Positions 11,101-19,244 of a DNA stretch of 64,000 nucleotides are shown here, one piece after another. The translations under genes and the position numbers were made by a program. Source of the stretch: a virus; the IMG/VR virus record IMGVR_UViG_3300037805_000894, one strand, 5' to 3'. The notes below the pieces were generated by a model. The model had not been told where the DNA came from, searched no databases, and worked only from the letters and a program-made list of their open reading frames with translations. The stretch's first letter is position 1; every line of letters begins with the position of its first letter.

Positions 11101-12573
11101 TTAGGAAATAAGTATGTATACCTTGCTGGCTTTAGTATATCTTTAAATGATATTACTACACCAAAGGCTTTAGATAAGCAGGTCGCATCTCTAGTAGATG
11201 TATACGGTAAAGATAATAAGTACGCAGATAACTTAGACAAGGGTATGGCTAAAACTCAAAAAACCTTTAAAAGTTTTTTCGATAAGAATCGCCTTTATGA
11301 TATGAAGAGATCTGGTGCAAAAGGGAAATGGAGTAATCTGACGCAGATGCTATACACGCCTGGCTTCATGGAAGGAGTAGCTGGACAGGGTTTACAAGAC
11401 AACTCTCTATCTACTGGTTATGCTCAAGGTATGAATGCTTCTGATTATATAAATACTCAGTTTGCAGCTAGAAGCGGAATGATTTCTAAAGTAAGAGGCG
11501 TTGCTAAAGGAGGGGAGCTAAGCAAGGATGAAGTACATGCTGGAATGGAGCTTGTTATAACTGAAAAAGACTGTTTGACAACAAAAGGCATCAGCTTGTC
11601 TCGCACAGACCCTTTCATAATAGGGCGTTTTCTAGTGGATGGTTCTTCTCCTATTGATGAGGTATATTTAAAAACACACAAGAAAAAGATGTTCCTGGTA
11701 CGCTCGCCATTAACATGCGAAGCGGTACAAGGTATTTGCGTAAAATGTCACGGTCTAAATGATCAGTTTAGATTACCAACTATAGGAGACCATGTTGGCG
11801 CGGAAGCTGCTCAAGTAACTAGTGAAAGTATTACACAAGGTTTAATGCGTGTTTTTCACTCAGGAAAGGGTTCAGAAGAAGGAGGGCCTAAGACCTTAGC
11901 ACGAGATGCAAACAACCTATTTGGTAAGATACCTAATAGTTTTTTTAATGAAGCTCCTGTGGCCGAGTCTACAGGTTTTGTAACCAAAGTAGAGAAAGCG
12001 TTAGGTGGGGGCTGGGACATACACGTAGATGATAGAAAATATCATGCTACAGATATAGTTAATCCTTTGGTTAAAAAGGATCAACGCGTGGAACGAGGAC
12101 AGGCACTCACTACAGGATTAAGGCATCCTAGAAAAGTACTTGAAGTAGAAGGCTTATTAGGGGCAAGAAAGTACTTGACAAATAGCATGCGGAACCTGTA
12201 TTCTTCTAATGGAATTTCCTTAAACCCCATACACTTCGAAGTCTTAAGTCGCTCCCTGACTGAGCATGCGCGTGTAATAGATCCAGGAACTTCTCTTAAG
12301 TATGAGCCAGGTGATATGGAGAAAATAGCAGTATTAGATAAATTAAACAAAAATGGCGCCCTCATAAAATATGCGGCACGCTTAGAGGGGGCTAATAGAG
12401 TACCCTTGTTACGTAATGATTTCTTGGCACAATCTGCAAGAAGAGAAGCTAGAACAGCTATTCCAGAGGCGGCTATAAAAGGCTCAGTTGCCAAAATACG
12501 CAGCATCAACCCTATAAACTCTTGGCTTTTAGGTGATTTTAAGGATAAGCCAGGTACAAAAGGTGAATTCTAG
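5191..12573 (+). CDS. rpoBC: fused DNA-directed RNA polymerase beta-beta' subunit, intein-containing
   Basis: beta: GYNFEDG, GDKMATRYGGKG, NPHGIPSRMN, LYFNKLKH; beta': NRHPSLH, NADFDGD, SGAKG, RSPLTC...CVKC, HFEV. Confidence 0.95.
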   Translation: MTDRINTFKTSIEKALTSSIKGIPVGTGRTLTLTNIIIDDPDRSLKAELKARLAGQTHGSAIKGRFILKDTINNKEEKVTKRLFKLPIKTNRGTYIWNGNEIVIKNQYRRKPGVYVSQNQAGAYGASFNMAAGNSQFDQRVAVELVPETGKFLFKIKDSKFSLFALIKAFNVSDSQLKTAMGDKLFRVNYTDNLNSELKKIAKRLTGKTYSSFVEASEDIREKFTGISFEGGSNEITLGKGYDKVSPSFWLALTAKLRKTAAGIQKPDDVNASYFREYLTPEDNIVESITAATSKFVTRVRRRGGKKDLKSILSASKFEKPIYDLFSSSSLKEYTDQTNPLDWISGEDALTVFGPGGISQARAVSDDMRTLQPTLHGIADPLASPESADKIGVVLHRTVGSAIKGGVPHIKVVDRANKATTISSYAFANTVIGIGDPANKGSISGFKNGIAQQIKASTAKYFMKPESLFSKVSNMIPMLGSTYGVRANVGNKQYTQSLPLKYREAPLVTTQYEQTHSNKGSRDFPSVDMQGNIIAIESGTIQAVRQDKIVLKSLNGTLLDHEYPSDFPLNTESFMDTNVIVKAGDSVKKGQRLADSVFSKDGKLALGTNLKTGFLAYKGYNFEDGFVVSEGAAKKLTSLHLLEFEVEKGKDVVIGKGSYVSLFPGSASITNLANYDDNGLIKEGTIVEYGIPLILAYEKRELTPAQAAISTLNKKISQLLAPRDISPIYNKNVPGVVTRVYQDNKHNKVFVKTEEPAVEGDKMATRYGGKGIITKIVADAQMPVGADGSPLEVLFNPHGIPSRMNPSQMIESSLGKIAKKEGKIYALKQFDERGHVNIAKQEQARSGIHDEETVTDPETGKTMTNVHVGQLYFNKLKHSVRKKIKAGETGYYDVQYEQPKKTETNGTRAIDGLSFYSLLAGGARKNLAEMANIKGTKNDEFWRAMHSGMPLPNPKVPAMQDNFLSSLQALGLNTFKTKDSLALTPSTTEDILKQSNGEIREAKFMRSRDMKPEVGGFYDPALTGGDAGTKWTHISLAEPIPNPIFERAITKTLGITTKVFNAILKGKTKVSEDGTISKDGVLFGGKAIATMLDAINIDKQLKELRAQGKQQGLDKEWGDLNNTNTKIRFLSNIKVLGKKPSELYVLNAFPILPPKFRQMTILPTGTVQNPPINELYQSLKLESDGLKNLKALDFYDDETVGTRIEQLYKHAGAVFGTTDPVSFQLKQRASEKGILRQLAPKSGGKLGVIQQKMMRKKQDISGGSTITVDPNLPLDHVGVPEDMAFKIMKPFITRKMVQNGYTPIKALEAIKDRTPVARHQLDEVMKERPVMVNRHPSLHKFNFMSQWGRVVPGQAIMLNPLVIHGFNADFDGDSMIGDIWLSAPGEYNIDNGDSIVKTKLCITTNIADIPHGDLIERKANKEIYSVPKGMTVPAIAPDGTIELKEVTKFHKHKGCEEWEVKLTGDITLNVSDNHSLVCFNPELNIVEKTKPADASFLCVPRLFDIEYANPNKFEGVSNSRSEQERLHLISSLGFFTGSTRNNKKRVGGYTFSNSTFLEGRARLVNEYKEAHFDTQGRFISPFILNWIDSNVYLNDELRLPSFLIGVSKKEREAFVSGLIEASIMLNKDSFAIRETKNKAFLDDIAKLVQSVGVDGTFTSKKIKNCSIYSLEFKQLDVKNFYLKNAHYFSALSRAFLDDSKLLSISLKAHDFIPVPTFVSMLILETTRFRIDSKMKANKLRYAYSLKSYSDWIELGYEPWTRAAFNFFLSHMTDEELEVLPREYMKLVQNKAVRWGLITSSRKTGRTIDMYDITVKDYKNFATDYGYFVWDTMNMHVPVTEGARLEAARKLMPSNSLFGPDRNILPMPSNEAVLGLYILSKKGKSSQKTYTNLSAAEASFLKNEITLNDEVTIQGKKVSLGWAILYKNIPAKYHSIIKGKSLDKGVIQDLIKAIYKESASKAADLLNTLKDLGNKYVYLAGFSISLNDITTPKALDKQVASLVDVYGKDNKYADNLDKGMAKTQKTFKSFFDKNRLYDMKRSGAKGKWSNLTQMLYTPGFMEGVAGQGLQDNSLSTGYAQGMNASDYINTQFAARSGMISKVRGVAKGGELSKDEVHAGMELVITEKDCLTTKGISLSRTDPFIIGRFLVDGSSPIDEVYLKTHKKKMFLVRSPLTCEAVQGICVKCHGLNDQFRLPTIGDHVGAEAAQVTSESITQGLMRVFHSGKGSEEGGPKTLARDANNLFGKIPNSFFNEAPVAESTGFVTKVEKALGGGWDIHVDDRKYHATDIVNPLVKKDQRVERGQALTTGLRHPRKVLEVEGLLGARKYLTNSMRNLYSSNGISLNPIHFEVLSRSLTEHARVIDPGTSLKYEPGDMEKIAVLDKLNKNGALIKYAARLEGANRVPLLRNDFLAQSARREARTAIPEAAIKGSVAKIRSINPINSWLLGDFKDKPGTKGEF
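9310..10680 (+). mobile_element. 457-aa intein with degenerate LAGLIDADG-like domain
   Basis: splits NADFDGD|TMNMHVP; Ser1, block B VSDNHSL, AFVSGLIEAS, block F MYDITV..KNFA, ends FVWD, Thr+1. Confidence 0.85.
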
Positions 12574-13254
12574 ATGGAAGTTATACTGTGTGATAAAGGC
12601 TCGATGGGTATTGCAGCAAAGAATACCTACGAGAGTCTCTTAAAATGTGTGGGAAGAGCTTTTTGGTTTGTTCTTCTTCCTGAAACCTATGACTCTTACC
12701 TAGAGGCTAAGAAATGGACTACAGAAGAATCTAGAGTTATTGTGTGTAACCCAAAAGTTTTTGCTGGCGGTTATTTAAACCGTAATAAGATATACGAGTT
12801 ATACCCTAAAGCCGACTGGGTAACCAGAATCGCTCCAGGGACTATAATAACTGAAGATTATTTTTCTTACCTTCAGCAACATCGAAGGGATAAAACTATA
12901 GGCGCTATAGGGGCAATTGGGTATTTTATACATGGTAATTGGGAGAGTATAGATGGAAACGAAGTCCCCTCCCGACATTTAGCTCATGTATTAGATGATT
13001 GTCTTTGGTCTTGGCGCGTGGACAGTTATAGATACGAACCTCCATTTAATAATGTATGTTTAGGTCAATATGATCATCAAATGCATCTGCATTCTTTAGG
13101 TTTAAATTGCTTGACTGCGCCTTCTTCTGCTATACAATTTAAGGTAGAAGATGCAAACTATGATGAATCTACGTTATATGCTATAAAATTTTTAGCTTCC
13201 AAATGGAATACTAAAGTAGATTTACTTCGTGTTAAAGAGATTCTTCCAAATTAA
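12574..13254 (+). CDS. hypothetical protein, possibly degenerate GT-A glycosyltransferase
   Basis: 226-aa ORF abutting rpoBC; weak GT2-like layout. Confidence 0.45.
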   Translation: MEVILCDKGSMGIAAKNTYESLLKCVGRAFWFVLLPETYDSYLEAKKWTTEESRVIVCNPKVFAGGYLNRNKIYELYPKADWVTRIAPGTIITEDYFSYLQQHRRDKTIGAIGAIGYFIHGNWESIDGNEVPSRHLAHVLDDCLWSWRVDSYRYEPPFNNVCLGQYDHQMHLHSLGLNCLTAPSSAIQFKVEDANYDESTLYAIKFLASKWNTKVDLLRVKEILPN

Positions 13255-13258
13255 AATA

Positions 13259-13585
13259 ATGTCCATCATCCCTTTTACTTTAATCAGTTTCGGCGTTACA
13301 GCTATAATAACTAAAGGCAGTATTTTTGAAGGCTTCAGGCGCTTTTGGTATGAAAAGTTACGAGGCTTTAAACCCTGGAGATCGTTACATACCTTTTTTA
13401 ACTGTCCCTTATGCGTGGGTTTCTGGGCAGGTTTAATAGTAAGCTTATGCGGACAAGGCATAACCGGGAATTTCTTTTTCGATGGCTGTATAGCATCGGG
13501 CACAAGTTGGTTTATAATGTTATTAGAATACTTCCTTATTAAACCCACTAATGGTAAAGGGTGTAAAGGATGTGGTGGTAAATAA
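13259..13585 (+). CDS. DUF1360-like membrane protein
   Basis: FNCPLCVGFWAG motif with TM helices; likely start at ATG 13259. Confidence 0.65.
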   Translation: MSIIPFTLISFGVTAIITKGSIFEGFRRFWYEKLRGFKPWRSLHTFFNCPLCVGFWAGLIVSLCGQGITGNFFFDGCIASGTSWFIMLLEYFLIKPTNGKGCKGCGGK

Positions 13586-13977
13586 TGACTATTAGAAATA
13601 TTAATGATTTAACAGGTAATGCAAAACCTACCTTATGTGCTTCTTTTTCTTTAGAGACAAATGGAAGTGTCCCAATAGCAAATTCTATTATAGTTGCCCC
13701 CTCATCAGCTAGTAAAAGAATATTACTTTTGGGGTGGACTATAACTTGCTTTGCTGGCGCCTCAAGCACGACTGGAGATTTCAGGTTTACTGATGGCGAG
13801 GATACAGGATCAAATGATCTTTTAAAAGGAATGCATATGGGTACTACTCCAGTTGTAAATTCTTTATCGTTAAGTAATCCTATTGTACTAACAAAAGGAG
13901 CCACCCTTATGTTACAGGCTACTGAAAGCAGTGGGCAGTTTTTCATATCAGGCACTGCTTACTATATAGAGCTTTAA
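13585..13977 (+). CDS. hypothetical beta-rich protein (possibly virion)
   Basis: resembles the C-terminal domain of 28558..29274 (IIVAPSSASKRILLLGW vs LIAAPGAGSKVVIYGY). Confidence 0.55.
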   Translation: MTIRNINDLTGNAKPTLCASFSLETNGSVPIANSIIVAPSSASKRILLLGWTITCFAGASSTTGDFRFTDGEDTGSNDLLKGMHMGTTPVVNSLSLSNPIVLTKGATLMLQATESSGQFFISGTAYYIEL

Positions 13978-14321
13978 TGACGCATTCCCAACACGGCTTA
14001 AGCAAAAAAACTATTGCTTATGTATATAAACGAGCTTGTAATAGATGTGAGCATTGTTTCTCAAAAAAAAGATTAGAGGTGCATCATATTGTTACACGAG
14101 GTAGAGGGCGTGGGTGGCGTTATTTAAATAACGCTGTTAATCTGGCTCTACTTTGTAATGTATGTCATCGAATTGTACATGACAAAGCAGAGGAAGATTA
14201 TCAAAAGTGGTTAATGTCTGTTCCCCCAAACGATTGCACGAGGTGCGGAGCCGAGTGGAGGGTAGACAGCGAGGAAAGGAAGATAGCTTGTTCAAGCTGT
14301 AGTTTTGACTGGGAATTTTAA
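13977..14321 (+). CDS. HNH endonuclease
   Basis: CEHC...LEVHHI...NLALLCNVCHR..H. Confidence 0.85.
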   Translation: MTHSQHGLSKKTIAYVYKRACNRCEHCFSKKRLEVHHIVTRGRGRGWRYLNNAVNLALLCNVCHRIVHDKAEEDYQKWLMSVPPNDCTRCGAEWRVDSEERKIACSSCSFDWEF

Positions 14322-14977
14322 GCCTTTTCGATTATACTTTTTATAGGTTCTTCTATATCTAAACCTTTTTCTACTGGAATATAATCTTTTTCTTTTATAG
14401 TACTTATGTTTTGTATACCTTGTACCTCTTGTTCTCTATTAAGTTCATCTAGTTTAATCCTCGTATAAAAACTGTAAGCTATTTCTTCTATTAATAGGTG
14501 CATATCTTTTTCTACTGGATCAGATAAAAAGATTTCATCTTTTCCTTCTGTTATCTGCATGGATGTTTTATAAGGAAATTTTAAAGATCCCCTAGTTTTA
14601 AATAAAATAACCTTTGCGGTATTAGTGTAACAACGAAATTCAAAAGGGTTTAAGTAAGCAAATATAGTACTGGATAGATTTATACTTCGGGGTAAGAAAG
14701 ATCTTGTAGCAGAGGCCGTTTCAAGGATCTCTTTTAATCTCCCAATAGAGGGGTTAGATTTTTCAGGTAACCTTGATGCATAAAGAGGTCGTATCATTCC
14801 ACAGGTAAAACAAAGTATTTTATAATATTTAGGCATATTAATCAGTAAAGCATTTCCCTCCTCATCTAGTATCCTCTTTCTTGCCAAGCCCTTTAATTTT
14901 TCGTCAGAGCTTACCTTTCTTTCTATGTATTTGTCTAGACACTCTATTTGAAACTCAATAAGCGCTTGGTAGTTCAT
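14318..14977 (-). CDS. RT-coupled hypothetical protein
   Basis: 219 aa; start overlaps the RT 3' end by 23 nt; no recognised motif. Confidence 0.7.
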   Translation of the reverse strand: MNYQALIEFQIECLDKYIERKVSSDEKLKGLARKRILDEEGNALLINMPKYYKILCFTCGMIRPLYASRLPEKSNPSIGRLKEILETASATRSFLPRSINLSSTIFAYLNPFEFRCYTNTAKVILFKTRGSLKFPYKTSMQITEGKDEIFLSDPVEKDMHLLIEEIAYSFYTRIKLDELNREQEVQGIQNISTIKEKDYIPVEKGLDIEEPIKSIIEKA

Positions 14978-16136
14978 GTGTTAATTTATTTTTAGTATCG
15001 GTAAAAGAGATGAGTATTTTTGCATTAGGCGCCTTAGATAGATCTTTTTCTCGTATCAGTTTCATACATTTCCGTAGACGGTTATGAGAACGAGGGTCTA
15101 CGTATAGAGCATAGATTACGGACGAAACCAAACTTTGAGGAATATCTTCCCAGCGTCCCTGTGCAAACTGAAACAAGCCAGCTCTTAGGTTATTAAGATA
15201 ATATCTACTGCACTTAAGGCGCTTAGAAGCATTTAAACCTAAAATAGGCATTTTTCTATTACTCATTGTAGAAGAGACGCTATCTTTACGATAATTTATA
15301 TCAAACTGCTTCTTAAGGAAAAAAGTCTTACTGCGTGTAGTTAAGGCAGTAGCTATGTCCTTAAGTAGAGAAGAAGGTATATCTTCCACACCGCGAACTA
15401 AGATATAAATATTGTCCACGTATCTCATATAAGAAGCACGCAAAACCTCGCTTACTTCCTTTTTCTCATAAATAGCAGTTATTTTCGCTGCCTTTACAGG
15501 TCCAATTAAATTCGATAGATAGCTACTACCGCTTTTATATATAATAGGCATGTCGTACCTATGCTCAAACTCGTAATCTAATGGAAGGTTAAAATGCTGA
15601 GACATATTCCCTGGGTTAAGTAGTACCGTCTCTGTTCTCTTAGTCCAAGTATTAAATGTATTGAGTAGGGCCATTATCTTAAGATCTGTTTCCAGTAAAC
15701 ACATATTAGAGATATCTTGTGATAGCGGGCTCCCTTGCGACAGTACTTCAATGCTATTCCCTATTGAGACAAAAGCCTGGTCTAAGTGAGGCATTAAGTT
15801 AGAAAAAGCTGAGTTCTTAAGTTTTGCTTTAGTAATAAAATGATAAAAATTAGTTAGATCGAACCCGCACAAGATACTATTAGGTTTAGATTCATCCTCT
15901 TTTAAGAAACGCCGTAATAGAGAGATCATGTTAGGATTACCATACGGGTAACCATGCACAGTGTTATATAGAGAGACTTTACGGTTATTTCGGTCTAATA
16001 AAGGAACCGCCTTATAAAAAGATCGTATATAGCCTAAAGCTTCTTTGTGTTTGCTAATATCTGCAAACTCATGTATGATTCTGAAACCTTTGGAATTTTG
16101 TTTCGGTATGATATGCGACTTGTAACGTTCTGTCAT
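14955..16136 (-). CDS. retron-like reverse transcriptase (YVDN)
   Basis: IPKQNSKGFRII, VHGY, FDLTNFYHFIT, LSQGSPLSQDISN, YMRYVDNIYI, FDINYRKD, ILGL follow RT domains 1-7. Confidence 0.85.
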   Translation of the reverse strand: MTERYKSHIIPKQNSKGFRIIHEFADISKHKEALGYIRSFYKAVPLLDRNNRKVSLYNTVHGYPYGNPNMISLLRRFLKEDESKPNSILCGFDLTNFYHFITKAKLKNSAFSNLMPHLDQAFVSIGNSIEVLSQGSPLSQDISNMCLLETDLKIMALLNTFNTWTKRTETVLLNPGNMSQHFNLPLDYEFEHRYDMPIIYKSGSSYLSNLIGPVKAAKITAIYEKKEVSEVLRASYMRYVDNIYILVRGVEDIPSSLLKDIATALTTRSKTFFLKKQFDINYRKDSVSSTMSNRKMPILGLNASKRLKCSRYYLNNLRAGLFQFAQGRWEDIPQSLVSSVIYALYVDPRSHNRLRKCMKLIREKDLSKAPNAKILISFTDTKNKLTHELPSAY

Positions 16137-16140
16137 ACGG

Positions 16141-16167
16141 TTTTATACCTAGTTATATACATTTTTA
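16141..16167 (-). promoter_or_regulatory. class B promoter of the RT, TAAAAATGTA-N8-GGTATAAAA
   Basis: TATAAA 5 nt before RT ATG; motif recurs elsewhere. Confidence 0.6.
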
Positions 16168-16169
16168 AA

Positions 16170-17372
16170 ATGCCCCGTCTTACTAATTTTACTGCTCCTG
16201 CTCCTTTTTCTGGTCCTAAATGGGCAAAACTATGGCATGGGAAGATAAAAGGTGCTGAGCCTATTATAAAAAATGGTATCCCACAGAGTGTATATAGTGG
16301 ATTGTTTACAGTTGTATTAGAGGATGCTACGGAGTTAAATAACATCCCGATGATGCCCGGCTCGTATGATCCGAAAACAAATGCAGGCTTTATTCGGCTG
16401 TTTAACAGAGACGAAGAGGTTTTAGTAGGGGAAACAATGCATGGGCTTATCTATATTTTAGGTTCTGTTTTATCTGCACTTACTGATGCAACAGCTAACC
16501 TCCCTGTTGTTGGGGGGTTCAATCGCCCTATGTCACCAGGTGAGGTTGTTATAGGAGGGCCGCGTGTTAAAATGCCAGAGCGGTCGTCGTTTATTTTCTT
16601 AGATAAATCAGGCGGGATAGAGCTCAAAGCGAATAGCAGTCATATAAAAGTTGAGGGGGAAACGAATTCCATAGAAGTAGAAACTTGGAGATACAGCCTA
16701 TTCACTGAAAGTGGTCATGAAACATGGGGACCTCATCCCTTAATTGGTAATGCTGCGCCGCCAGGGGTACCAAGACCAGGACAATATACACGCCTTGTAA
16801 GAGCCAAGGCTAGTGATAATTGGGGACAGTTTGTATATACAGAGCAGGGAAATTTAGGTATGTCCAGTTTGGAGATAGAAGCAAATCCGATTACTCCTAT
16901 TCATTTACAAAATTTCAATAATACAGCAGCAATAATAGCAACTAAGTCTGGTGGTTATTCTATCATGTCAGGGCTACCAGGACCAGAGATGGCGAATGCA
17001 CGTCAACCAGTGACTGCATTACAGGCTTTAAAATTAACAGCTCCCTTAAGTTTTGATCTAGAACCCTTAACGCAGATGGCTACATTACAAGCTCCTATTG
17101 TTTCCATGAAAGGAGGTCTAACTGGCACAGAAGGAACAGTAATGATTAATGCCAGCACTATTCTTGTTGCAGCGACAAGTACAGTAGTGCTGAATAGCGG
17201 AGGTACTGTGGCGATATCGGCCTCAGATGTTAAAATACAGTGTCCCAATACTACTTTTATGGGTAATGTGACGATAGCTGGTAATTTAACCGTTCAAGGC
17301 ATGACTACCGCTACGGCAGGTTTAAATTCTTCTGGTACTATAGTGGGAGCGGCTTGCTTACCAGAATACTAA
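16170..17372 (+). CDS. baseplate spike (gp5/gpV-like) protein
   Basis: N-terminal OB-like region and C-terminal beta-repeats FMGNVTIAGNLTVQG; likely start ATG 16170. Confidence 0.55.
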   Translation: MPRLTNFTAPAPFSGPKWAKLWHGKIKGAEPIIKNGIPQSVYSGLFTVVLEDATELNNIPMMPGSYDPKTNAGFIRLFNRDEEVLVGETMHGLIYILGSVLSALTDATANLPVVGGFNRPMSPGEVVIGGPRVKMPERSSFIFLDKSGGIELKANSSHIKVEGETNSIEVETWRYSLFTESGHETWGPHPLIGNAAPPGVPRPGQYTRLVRAKASDNWGQFVYTEQGNLGMSSLEIEANPITPIHLQNFNNTAAIIATKSGGYSIMSGLPGPEMANARQPVTALQALKLTAPLSFDLEPLTQMATLQAPIVSMKGGLTGTEGTVMINASTILVAATSTVVLNSGGTVAISASDVKIQCPNTTFMGNVTIAGNLTVQGMTTATAGLNSSGTIVGAACLPEY

Positions 17373-17387
17373 CAAATACTAGAAAAA

Positions 17388-19244
17388 ATGAAAAGACAAT
17401 TAGGAAATGACCATAATTTTTGGCCTCAGCAGATTTTAGAGTTTATCTACTCTGACTACCCTTTCATAGCTGATTATATGCAGGGCATTAAGTTCAAAAC
17501 GGTTGATCCGAGTTCGGGCACCGCCATGGGTGGTATTATGTTAGAGAATAAATCAACCGGCATGAGCGCTGTTATACCGCTAGTAATATCTGAGTTCTCT
17601 CTGAGCAATCTAGATGTTTTCATTGTCGATGACACGCAATACATTCCATTAACTATAACACGCTTAACTGAATATTTAGGAAAATCTATGGGGAAACTTA
17701 AACCCAAGAGAAAAGGTAGAGGAGACATGCCGGTAAAAACGAGCCCTCCAGGAAAGAAATCTAATAATAATATAAGAAAAACAGCAAGCCTTTTTAAAGC
17801 GGGGGCTAAAAAAGCAGGTATCGGACCAGGAATGCTTAAAATTATTCTCGATTCTATGGGCAAGAAAGAAGACAACCTAATTGCCAAGAGAATAAAATCG
17901 CTCCTAAAAGATATTCCATATAGAGCTTTATGGATTTTTTATTCCTCAAACCACAAAGGCTGGATAGCGCTGGCTAGCGATGATAGATTTAATATTACTA
18001 AGATAGAAGGCCGCGAGAAGATCCTCGAAGAGCTTTCCAAATACGACGTAAATCTGGCCCAAGAGATGGATAGGAGCGATAATATCTTTATCTCAAGAGA
18101 GGACAGAAAACCTTTCATAGCCGAAGATTTTATGGAGGCCCCAAAGCCTTTAACTGCATCAGGCATGTCTTCGGTTATTACGAGTAAAAATAACACGCTG
18201 ATAGGCTATCATGTAGAAACCGTAACGGATTTATTAGCAAGGCCTTTAGGCTTTTCTATGTGGTATAATGGAGAAGACTATACCATTGGGGAAGGTTTCT
18301 CAGGTTACTACTTAAGAGATTCGCATGCCCCTCGCGTTACCACTATAGAGAAACATAAGCAGTATTGTTTTAGCTTTACAGAAGGAGCTGAGCAGCGTTG
18401 CACTGCACCTTTTACAGCTTTAGAAAAACCATCTGTTGTCAACAAGGGTTTAGTTTTTAAAGCTAAAACACACTTCGGGAAGGAAATTACTATTAAGTAT
18501 TCCAAAGAAGTTGACGCGCCTTTTTCAAATCTAGGGGATGTTGCGGAAGATATGGAAGGAGAAGTAATTTATTACATACCAACAAGTTATAAATTAAATA
18601 AGGTTGGCAACAACAAGATTAGCCTTACCTATTTAACAGATAAATCCTTTGCTTCCGTATTGGCGGATAATCTAGGCTACTCAATTAAGATAAAAGGTTT
18701 TAATGCAGAGGGTGTACCGCATTATTATATTAAAGGTAAAGTAGCTGAGAAACTAGTAACACTGGATGACAAAGATTTTGATGCTAACTTTGGGAAGTAT
18801 GCAACCGATGAGAATGCTTTAATTTGGTACTTAATCAATTTAGGTTTTTCTGAAGGAACCTCTAGAGCTATCATAGCTTCAGTTTGGCAACACAATGGAG
18901 AGGTTACTATAGGAAACGTTTCTCCCTTTAAAGACACAAAGATTAATCTTAATGTACCTCATGAGTTAGTTAGTTTAGCAGAAGATAAACTCATACCTGA
19001 TTCTTCGGTCGAGGCCATGCTTGGTCTCAACTTTATAAATGATCTAGATGTATTAGATGCGCTAGTTTATGTAGAGGATATTAAACAGTTAGAATCTATA
19101 TTAGCGAAGCTTCTTTTTCAAGTTCGCCTAGGTGTACCTTTGGCGGATGAAGTAAACGTTACAAGAGCTTTAGACTATGTTAGCAAAGTCATAGACGATC
19201 TAGAGATAGCAAAAGCAACGCTAGGGAAAAAGGTTAAGAAGTAA
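17388..19244 (+). CDS. hypothetical structural protein
   Basis: 618-aa ORF in morphogenesis context; contains KTAS. Confidence 0.7.
   Translation: MKRQLGNDHNFWPQQILEFIYSDYPFIADYMQGIKFKTVDPSSGTAMGGIMLENKSTGMSAVIPLVISEFSLSNLDVFIVDDTQYIPLTITRLTEYLGKSMGKLKPKRKGRGDMPVKTSPPGKKSNNNIRKTASLFKAGAKKAGIGPGMLKIILDSMGKKEDNLIAKRIKSLLKDIPYRALWIFYSSNHKGWIALASDDRFNITKIEGREKILEELSKYDVNLAQEMDRSDNIFISREDRKPFIAEDFMEAPKPLTASGMSSVITSKNNTLIGYHVETVTDLLARPLGFSMWYNGEDYTIGEGFSGYYLRDSHAPRVTTIEKHKQYCFSFTEGAEQRCTAPFTALEKPSVVNKGLVFKAKTHFGKEITIKYSKEVDAPFSNLGDVAEDMEGEVIYYIPTSYKLNKVGNNKISLTYLTDKSFASVLADNLGYSIKIKGFNAEGVPHYYIKGKVAEKLVTLDDKDFDANFGKYATDENALIWYLINLGFSEGTSRAIIASVWQHNGEVTIGNVSPFKDTKINLNVPHELVSLAEDKLIPDSSVEAMLGLNFINDLDVLDALVYVEDIKQLESILAKLLFQVRLGVPLADEVNVTRALDYVSKVIDDLEIAKATLGKKVKK

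Noticed and set aside
14955-16136. RT as DGR or group II intron
   Set aside because: No template/variable repeat pair with adenine mismatches seen, no flanking intron RNA, and no maturase/endonuclease domain.
16047-16169. Upstream extension of the spike ORF
   Set aside because: Overlaps the RT start and promoter on the opposite strand; ATG 16170 is more plausible.
17388-19244. Calling this the portal protein
   Set aside because: Size and position fit, but no portal motif is recognisable by eye.
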